Shown here: positions 51,847 to 61,165 of the stretch, piece by piece | How positions within the stretch are numbered: position 1 is the stretch's first letter | How the letters are laid out: each line of letters starts with the position of its first letter | DNA from: Chiloscyllium plagiosum | Taxonomy: Eukaryota | NCBI RefSeq assembly: GCF_004010195.1 | Contig: NC_057756.1 | Coordinates: forward strand, 3,267,824-3,328,988 | Direction: 5' to 3' | DNA: 61,165 nt | Translations under genes and position numbers: made by a program | The notes under the pieces: model-generated | Database searches by the model: none | Seen by the model: the letters and a program-made list of their open reading frames with translations, nothing else | What the model was told of the DNA's origin: nothing

Positions 51847-54215
51847 TCTCTCATTCATTCAATGTCTCGAGCCCAACACATTCGTTCAATGAATCAAACT
51901 GCATTCTTTCATTCAATGAATCAAACTACACTCAATGATTCAACGAAACAAACAGAACATGTTAATTCAATCAGTAGAGCTTATCTCATTCATTCAATGT
52001 CTTGAGCTTAATGCCTTAATTCAATGAAACAAACAGTATTCATTCATTCATTGAATCTAGCTTCAATCATTCATTCAATGAATCAAATTGCTCGTTATAA
52101 TTGAATGAGCAGAGCTTCTCTCATATATTCCAATGACACGAGCTTAAGACATTTATTTAAACAATCACACTGCATTCTTTCATTCAATGTATCCAACGAA
52201 ATTCATTGATTCAATGAAAAAAGTTAACTCTTTCTCAGAAAGAAACAAACCGCGTCTTTCATTTTATGAAACAAACTTCATTCGTTCATTCAGTGGATCA
52301 AATGTCATTCATTAACTGAATGAAACAAACTGAACTCATTCATTTAATGAATCCAACTGCACTCATTTATGCAATGAAACAAACTGCACGTGGTAATTCA
52401 ATGAATAGATCTTTTCTCATTCATTCCATGAATCAAACTGCCGTCAAAGATTCAATGAAACAAACTGAACGTGCTAATCTAATGAGTAGAGCTTATCTCA
52501 TTCATTCAAATTATTGAGCTTAAAGCCTGCTTTCAATGACACAAACTGAATTCATTCATTGAATCAAACTGCATCATTTATTCACTGTAACAAACTGCAC
52601 ACAATCAGTCAATGAAACAAACAGTATTCATTGAATGAATCTAGCTTAACTCATTCATTCAATGTCTCGAGCTGAACGCCTTCATTCATTGAATCAAACT
52701 GCATTAATTAATTTACTGCATCAAAATGCACTCATTCATTCAATGAAACAAACTGCACGTGGAACTCACTGATTAGAGCTTATCACATCCGTTTAATATC
52801 GTGAGCTTAACCATTCATTCAATGAATGAAACTGCACTCAATCATTCAATGAAACAAACGGTATTCATTCATTGAATCTAGCTTAGCTCATCCATTCAAT
52901 GGCTTGAGCTTAACCAACGAGCTTAACTGAACGTTATAATTCAATGAGAAGAGCTTATCTCATTCATTCCAATGACTCGAGCTTAAGTCATTCATTCTTC
53001 AATCAAGATACATTCCTTCATCCAATGAATCAAACGATATTCATTGATTCGATGAAAAAAAGTTAACTCATACATAAAACGAATCAAACTGCATTCATTC
53101 ATTTCGTTCAATCATTCATTCAATCGTTCATTCTTTGGATCAAATATTATTCATTCACATAATGAAACACATTGAACTCATTCATTTAATGAATCTAAGT
53201 GCACTCATTTGTTCAATGAAATAAACTGCACGTGTTAATTCAATGAATAGAGCTTTTCTCATTCATTCTTTGAATCAAAGAGCACTCAACGATTCAATCA
53301 AACGAACTGAACCTGGTATTTTAATGAGTAGAGCTTATCTCATACATTCAATGTCTCGAGCTTCACGCCTTCATTCAATGTAACAAACTGCATTCATTCT
53401 TTGAAACAAACTGCATTAATTCATTTGCTGTACCAAACTGCACTCATTCATTCAATGAAACAAACTGCACATGTAAATTCACTAATTTAGAGCTTACCTC
53501 ATTTATTCTATACCTCGAGCTGAACGTATTCATTCAATGAAACAAACTGCATTCATTCATTGTAACTAACGTCAATCTTTCATTCAATGTATCAAACGTT
53601 ACACATTAATTCAATGAAACAAACTTAACTCAATCATTCAATGAATGAAACTGCATTACCTCCTTCAATGAATGAACCTGCACACAACCATTCAATGAAA
53701 CAAACTGTATCATTTCATTCACTGAATCTAGCTTATCGCATTCCTTCAATGTCTCGAGGTTAACGCCTTCATTCAATGAAACAAACTGCATTCTTTCATT
53801 CAATGACACAAAGTGCACGTGGTAATTCAATAAATAGAGCTTTTCTCATTCATTCCATGAATCAAACTGCCCTCAATGATTCAATGAAACAAACTGAACG
53901 TTAATTCAATGAGTAGAGCCTATCTCATTCATTCAGTGTATCGAGCTTAACGCCTTCTTTCAAGCCTACATTCATTCATTTAATCAAACTGCATCATTCA
54001 TTCATTGTAACAAACTGCACACAATCATTCAATGAAACAAAGTAAAAAGGTCAGTTCAATATGTAGAGCTTATCTCATTCACTCAATGTCTCGAGCTTAA
54101 CGTCTTCATTCAATATAACAAACTGTATTCATTCATTTGTGGAATCTAACTTAAATCATTCATTCAATGAATCACACGTTATACATTGATTCAATGAAAC
54201 AATGTATAACTCATG
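51847..54215 (+). repeat. Degenerate TTCA-rich satellite (~23-27-bp units) with a partial ~840-bp higher-order repeat
   Basis: Recurrent TGCAyTCATTCATTCAATGAAACAAAC and GAGCTTATCTCATTCATTCAATG units; landmarks CGTTATAAT at 52093/52932 and GTTAACTC at 52223/53062. Confidence 0.9.
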
Positions 54216-54219
54216 CATT

Positions 54220-56800
54220 TCCAAGTCAGAATGGTGAGTGTCTTTGAAGGGACATTGAAGGTGGTGGTGAAACAATATATTTACTGCCAATGTCCTTCCA
54301 TATGGAAGTGAGCGAGGGTTTGGAAGTACCTCTTTGACGATCATTGGTGGATTTCTGAAGTACATAATGAAGATAGTACATACTACTGCCACTGAACGAT
54401 GGTGGTCGAGGGAATCGATGTATTTAGATGCAATGCTTTATCAAGTGGGCAGCTTTGTCCTTTGTACTGGATGGCGGAAAGATTTGTGAGGGTTTTTTTA
54501 ATGGCTCTTCTCATCCAGTCAATTTAGGAGTCTTCCATCACACCCATGACTTCTGCTCTGTAGCTGGTAGACAGTCTTTGGATAGGCCAGAGGTGAATTA
54601 CTCCCCATGGCATTCCTAGCTTCGGACCTGCCTTATAGCCACTGCGTTTCTGTGGAGTCTTTGAGCAATGATAAACCCCAGGTTATTGATAGTGGGGGAT
54701 TCCATGATGGTAGCACCAATGAATGCCACAGGGCGGTAGTTAGATTGCTTTTTGTTGGTGACTATCATCGCCTGTCATTTGAGAGGCGCAGACGTTATTT
54801 GCCGCTTGTCAGCCCATGCTTGGCTGTAGTCTGTTCATGATGCATTTGGGCATGGACTAGTCCAGTATCTAAGGAGTCGTGAATTTTGATGGACATTATG
54901 CAAACATCAGCGAACATCCCCAATTTTGTCCTTGTGGTGTGGGGAAGGTCATTGAAGAAGCTGTTGATTATGGTTGAACCAATGATACCATTCTGATGAA
55001 ATACTGCAGAAATGTCCCAGGCCTGAAATGATTTATCTCCAAAAACCACGATCATCTTCGCATTTGTCAATTATGACTCTAGCTACGGAAGAGTTTGTTC
55101 CTTGATTCCCATTGATGTCAGTTTTGCGAGGCTCCTTTATACCACACCAGATAAAATGCGACCTTGATGTCAAGGTGTGTCGCTCCAAACTCAGGTCTGG
55201 AATTCAGGTATTTTGTCTACACTTGAACTAAGACTAAAGTGAGGTCAGCAGGTGAGTGGCGCTGGTGGAGAACAAACTGGGCGTCACTGCGCAGGTTATT
55301 GCTCAGAAGCTGCTGCTTGACAGCACTATTGATGAGATATCTCATCCCTTTACTGATGAGTGACAGTAGATTGATGGGGTAGTAATTGGACTGTTTGAAT
55401 TTATCCTGCTTTTTTTATACAGGTCATACTTAGTCAGTCTTCCACAGTTTTGTGTAGATAACAGTTTTGTAAATGTAGTAGAAAAGCTTGACTATGGAAT
55501 CCGCAAGATTCGGAGCACATGTCTTCGGTATTTCTGCCAGTATTAATGTTGGGGACCAGTTAACGAAACTGAGATTATTAGTACACTCTCCAATTCTGGT
55601 TGAAGATTGCTGCAAAAGCTTCAGCATTACGCTTACCACAGATGGGCTGAGCTATTCCATCTTTAAAGGTTGGGAAATTCGTAGAGCGTCCAATTTCAAT
55701 TAATTGTTTCATGATCCAATAGAATTCATGAATGGATGTTCAGCACTGCAATGCTTCAAAATGATCCGTTGGTTGGTTCGATGGTATAGCTCTGCCAGGA
55801 ACTTGCTGCTTTGTCGTATTATATGCATGTTGTCCTGTTTACTGGCTTCACCAGGTTGTTACCTCATATTGAGTAATGCCTGGTGCTGCTCCAGGCATGC
55901 CTTCCTGTATTCATCATGGAAAGTTGGTTGATCCCGTGGCTTGTTGGTAATCCTGAGTTGGAGGAGAATGTTTAGACTGCATGGGCAAAGTTTAACATCG
56001 AATAATATCAGCTTTTTGTGCAACAGGTTTACTTGGAAGCAGTAACTTTCAAAGCTGATGAAGAAACAGTGTTTCAAAAGCTCATGCTTCCACATATACC
56101 TGTTGGAGTATAAAACGGCATTCCATGATTTTGAACCTTGTTGATTTAAAGCTGGAGTGAGGGATATGCTCGGCAATGAAGTTTAGGATTGCTTTGGAGA
56201 ACAATTCTGCTTTTGTTTATAGCCCAGTCTTGTATTGCGAGATGTGTCCGAAATCTGCCCCATTTATCACAGAGATCGTGTCGTGCAACACGATGGAGGC
56301 TATTCTCAATATGAAGGACTGATTTCGTCTCCACGTGAACTGTCCAGTGGTCAGTGAAAACCACAGCTGCCATGGACAGACGCACCTGCAATTGGCTAAT
56401 TATGAAGAATGAGATGAAGTATGTTTCCCTCTTGTCTGTTCTTTCACAATCTGCCGGAGACCCAGCCGACCACATGTATTAATTTGGACACATCTGTTGC
56501 GATTTGTAGTCTAGCTGTCGGGTTATTCTTTGTCATGAACAAAGAAATGCACCATCCAGAGAACCTTTTTTTTTTCCTGGCCATCTTCAGTTTTTCCTTG
56601 CATGTTGTTCAATACGGAGGAGCTCTGTTTCATAAGTTGGGGGAAGAAACTATGTGGTAATCAGCTGGAGATATCCTTGCCTCTGGTTAACCTGAAGCTA
56701 CCAGAATTCATGCGGCTGAGAGTGAATGTTGATGATTCCCAGACCAACTTTACGAACAATAGGTTTCTTGAGAAGGCGCAAATGAAGGCAATCCTTCCGG
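54220..56800 (-). mobile_element. Decayed CR1-clade LINE ORF2 of a distinct family
   Basis: ORF 54795-55070 DISAVFHQNGIIGSTIINSFFNDLP...GMFADVC (GVPQGSVLGP...FINDLP...MFADDC); ORF 55430-55639 KTCAPNLADSIVKLF. Confidence 0.8.
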
Positions 56801-56829
56801 CTTTTGAAGTGGAATAAGTAAATCGATGA

Positions 56830-57130
56830 GAGTTAATGCTATTAAATCCCTACCACAATATGATCCATAACCGAGGTTACGTAAAGAAGTAGCCAACAAG
56901 ATATTGGATACGTTTGTGTTCATCCTCCTCGATCCTACAGAGCCTGTAATAGTTCCTACAGGCTGCATGACTGCTAATGTTACACCTCTGTTTTTTTTAA
57001 AAACAAAACGGTCGTGAGAAAATTGCGAAAACTGACGCCTCCAGTTGTAAAGTGACTGAGTTCATTTGAATAGAATCAGAGCAGCGGGCGGTGAACATGG
57101 ATTTTTGGAAGGGAAACCATACTTGATAAG
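56830..57130 (+). mobile_element. CR1 RT N-terminal fragment
   Basis: PRLRKEVANKILD...ANVTPLF corresponds to PRVLKEVA.EI...ANVTPLFKK. Confidence 0.65.
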
Positions 57131-58339
57131 TTGATTGGCAATATATGAGAATATAAATATTCGACTTGATGACTTGGAATAGCCAGCCTGAATTAAGACA
57201 CGTATATGTAAACGTATATTTAACAATTATAAAATTGTTGTTTAACACAAACCTGAAATTAAACAAGAATTTAGAAAGCAATAAACATAAGAGTTGACGA
57301 ATATTTCAAACGTACCTGGAATTGCCTTCCTTCAAATCGTGGACTTCCTTCCCTAACCACTTTGTACATCAAATTCGGTTATGGAGAACTGATACTGCAA
57401 AGACAATTACAAGTATTCTTAAGGCAACCTGCTACAGCTAAAAAAGAACTATTGTTCACTTCCTGCTGCTGCAATTCGATGTTAAATAATTTATTTCACT
57501 GATTTTGCCTTTGTCAGGTGCGTGTCTGTTGAACTTGATCACATTGGATCAGCTACTGTTTAGACGTTAAATCTCAATTATATTGTAGTGTTTTCCGACA
57601 GAGTAGTGAGCATCATTCTTCTTCCCTTTGCTTGCATTTTAACCATCGTTTGAGAATGAAGCATGCTTTGCTTCAAGACTAGATAGTTGAACATTCGAAT
57701 TGCATCATTGACACAACGCCTCACACCTGTCATTAAAAAATAAAATGATTTTTAAAAAGGCATCAGGCTATCATTTTGATGTACTTTGATGAGCTCTTGC
57801 CTGAACCATACCAAATTAACATCTCTTGCAGGATCCGATAATGTAATTCCAGGCTGGGGGTTTTAGGATTACTGTCAATAAAGACAGTGCGTGTTGCGTT
57901 TTCATTTTCCTGCCTGCATGTTCGGTTGGTTTAAACAAGATATTCATTGCGCAATCCGAGCTCATTGAATCACAAACATTTTCCTGCGGTTGAAGAAGTT
58001 ATTTTACGAGTTTTACAGGAGGTGAGCAAGGCAATTTTGGAATTTGCCTATCAGCTGGTGTTGCTTTTGTCTGTGAGATAGGGAGATATAATTTCAGAAA
58101 GAACTCATATTTACAATTCCCCGCATGTCCTCAAGAAAGGTTGTTCCTGAAACGTTGACTGCTCCATTTGCTGTTGCTGCATGGCTTGCCGTGCTCATTG
58201 CAGCGTCATGTTTATCGACTGTTGATTCCAACATCTGTAATTGTTTTTTCCTCTCTCTCTCTGATGATTTTTACAATTGTCAGAAAAGCAACCAAAATCA
58301 GTGATAACGGTTCCAGGTCAATTCTAAACGGAGCAGTTT

Positions 58340-59100
58340 GAGTTAGAGATATTTACCTAGGAAAATGATTAAAAATAAAATAAGGACAGCTCAAGGAGAA
58401 GGAATGACAAAGGAAAGGAAAACCTCCAGGGGAAGAAAGGATGAAATAAAAGCTTGTAAACTTGCAAATTTAAAAAAAAACTCAAAGTCGACTCATATTT
58501 GCGGAGGTAAAGGGGATTGGTCAGTCGTGTTAAGGACAATGATAAAGTGCAATCCCTCATCACAACCAAAGACTGTTGGCGTCTATTTCAACTTGTCTTA
58601 GCATTTCCTAAGTTTAAATAGAAGAACGTGTAAAACTTTTTCATTCCATTTGGTAAAATGTTTAAACATATGAAATGGCCAATCGTTATTAGTATTGTTG
58701 ATCCAAATCAAGTTAATACGTAGATCAATTGAGATATTTCCATCACTATCAGAGGATGTATCTGAGGAGCATGAGGAGATGAAAAAAAAACATGTTACAT
58801 TTTATGGAACAATGCGAAAAGCCTGAAGCCAACGTTTTCAAAATCTAAGGAGGGGAACTTCAAATGTAGGCTTTGTTTGAAATGATCGAAAATGTGATTT
58901 TAATATGTGCATACTGCTACAGAGAATAGGTTAAATATAGGACACTAATGAGCAGACAATTATTTTTGGAGGAGTTCAAAACTATCCTTGCTGAAATAAT
59001 GCGAACTCACATGAAAAGGCAAGGAGTTCAGACTTCGAAGTTAGCATCGCAAAAACAGGTGATTATGATTAGAATCAGAAATCAAAGACTGGATTCTACC
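58340..59100 (+). mobile_element. Highly decayed Gypsy gag fragment
   Basis: Similar to gag segments at 33200-33600 and 43000-43440 (aaatggcc..., ttatttttggaggagttcaaaactatcc...gaactcacatg). Confidence 0.5.
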
Positions 59101-59944
59101 TTACCATGTGCTTGACCCAATACTTTTGGCTCAACAATTTCGTTGTCATATTGCTTCCCAAATCTCGTACACATTATGTAGTTAGCTGGATGTGATGGTG
59201 TTGTGGCAGATTCACTCGAAGTTCGATAAACCAAATACCAGGAGATGCAGAAAATTCTTCACGGAATTAAACATTAATCTTGCAAACTTAAAGCCGGTTT
59301 GGCCAGCAAAATGTTTTTTTTTTCCTGACTGTCCACAATCTCTTTGTTCATCGGCAGTTTTTACAATGTTTTGTTCCGTTCTTATCGGATCACATGAGCA
59401 GAACCAATCATGCTGGCTTGGTTTGTCTTTTGAAACTAATCATCGTCTGCCACACTGGTTCCCTACATCTCACTAAACCTATCACATTATAATACCACCG
59501 TCTTCAGCATTAGCTCAACGAGAAGTAATTTAACCAGCCTATCACAATGCACTATTACTATCTGTTCATGGAGCCCTTTAGCAGTATCCTGAGGATGTAT
59601 TGCAACACTAAGTTTACGGCATAACGGCCAGAATAACTTCCAAATATCCCTCTTTGAGACCAACAGGTCTTACACAGGGAAAGCATGCAAGGAGGCAGGA
59701 TGCACAACTCTCAAATCGATCGATAGACCACAAAAGTGGGCAATAACAATTTCCACAGACAAAACCTCAAAGGGTTCTCCCTCCTCACCTGGATCCACAG
59801 GCCAAAACACTGCCTCACAGTAACGGACCAGGAAAAAGTACCAAAGACCTCACACAATCTTGTCATTCACGCAAAACATGCAAATTAGCCATGTACATCT
59901 GAACAATGCTTCAGCACCGCAGCAGACATCAGATCATTGATCTC

Positions 59945-60657
59945 GAGTTGCAGGGAATGAAGGTAGCGGCGCATGGCTGCAAGCGTGGAGCGGAGGATCC
60001 AGAGGGAGGTCCGTGGCTGGAGGCTTCGGATTTGTTGTAGGTACTGGTTGTCCTGGTTGGGTCCAAATTATGTTGGTCGGAAAGTAGTCCGGAGTCCGTG
60101 CGGGATCAGTCGGTTCCGTAGGCAGGTGCTGTGGAAGGAGATGTGGCTGTGGTAGCGAGTCTGTTTGAGAATGTGGCTGAAGAGCTTTTGTGCAGAGGAG
60201 ATGACTTGGGGTGTGCAGTGAGAGAGGGACTAACTGAAATCTTTGTAGAGGGTGGAAGAGAGCTTCAACAAGGAAGGCATCCTTGTAAGAGAAATCGCAG
60301 GAGGTTAAAATCTTTGAGGAGAAAGTGAGGTCTGCAGATGATGGAGATCAGAGCTGAAAATGTGTTGCTGGAACAGCGTAGCAGGTCAGGCAGCATCCAG
60401 GGAACAGGAGAATCGATGTTTCGGGCATAAGCCCTTCTTCAGGAATGAGGAAAGTGTGTCCAGCAGGCTAAGATAAAAGGTAGGGAGGAGGGACTTGGGG
60501 AGGGGCGTTGGAAATCCGATAGGTGGAAAGAGGTCAAGGTGAGGGTGATAGGTCAGACTGGGGTGGGGGCGGAGAGGTTAGTAAGAAGATTGCAGGTTAG
60601 GAAGGCGGTGCTGAGTTCGACGGATTTGACTGAGACAAGGTGGGGGTAGGGGAAATG
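59945..60657 (-). mobile_element. Penelope-like element: terminal repeat with hammerhead motif (60415-60442) followed by the ORF N-terminus
   Basis: Minus ATG at 60280: MPSLLKLSSTLYKDFS*SLSHCTPQVISSAQKLFSHILKQTRYHSHISFHSTCLRNRLIPHGL, resembling the PLE N-terminal 'H..FL..C....iP.GL' motif. Confidence 0.75.
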
Positions 60658-60667
60658 TTTTATATGC

Positions 60668-61165
60668 TGTTATGGACTCGGCCAGACCACTGAAAATATT
60701 CTTAAGCAGGCAGCCCAGACCATAGCTTTGTAATTTGTTTCGGTAAGTATACAATGAAAATTACCCAAATTAAGTTAGCGAAGTTGACAACCAGGTTTTA
60801 AAACAGACAAAATTTTATTCACAAAATTACACAATGAAAGACAGAGAACAGAATAAATAACCCCTACAGAACTCAGTCTATCCAAACTAGACTTAATTCA
60901 ATTGTTCTGAATATACACATTAGTCCAAATAAGCAAACTTCTGGGAAACTCAGATAAAAAAATGGAACAGATGCCTACCGGTTGAAGTTAGAAGGGCAGA
61001 GAGAGAGTTTGTTTCCACACAGCTCACTGTTGAACTCCCAACTAGTTCTGGACTGAACTAAACTGCTCAGCTAGAAAGCAGACCACTCCCCTTTCATTAT
61101 ACAGGTCACTTGTAAAACATAACCACTTTGGCCTGAAGTCACATCTGTTTACATATAAACAAAAA
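60668..61165 (-). mobile_element. Gypsy LTR (partial, runs off the window), related to the 47260-47898 LTR
   Basis: Starts TGTTATGGACTCGGCCAGACC; its reverse complement matches ...ggtctggcctggtccataata at 47878-47898. Confidence 0.75.

Noticed and set aside
51847..54215. CRISPR-like array of short partly palindromic repeats
   Set aside because: No unique spacers, units are degenerate and contiguous, no cas genes, and the context is vertebrate; it is a satellite
58125..58250. Another hammerhead-like PLE end (ctcaagaaaggttgttcctgaaacgttg)
   Set aside because: Core is mutated (CTCAAGA) and helix II is weak; too degenerate to call

Overview
This is eukaryotic, AT-rich DNA that is almost entirely repeat-derived. 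An HE1-type tRNA/V-SINE plus the CR1, Rex1, Penelope and Gypsy families point to an elasmobranch (shark) genome; that is inferred from repeat families only. I can support no intact protein-coding gene, rRNA, tRNA or CRISPR array. The window holds many decayed CR1-clade LINEs, one internally deleted Rex1/Babar LINE, two decayed Gypsy LTR elements with integrase before RT (Gmr1-like) plus fragments, HE1-like SINEs, and Penelope-like element (PLE) pieces. Three structures stand out. (1) A 3.5-kb fold-back palindrome (16460-19944) has 1740-bp arms and a 5-nt spacer, and its distal junction is sealed by a short CR1 3' tail. (2) About ten minimal type-I hammerhead ribozyme (HHR) motifs of four sequence types lie in PLE-derived pieces, several in inverted pairs or flanked by target-site duplications (TSDs). 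(3) A 2.4-kb TTCA-based satellite has a partial ~840-bp higher-order repeat. Boundaries of old elements were set by eye and are approximate.
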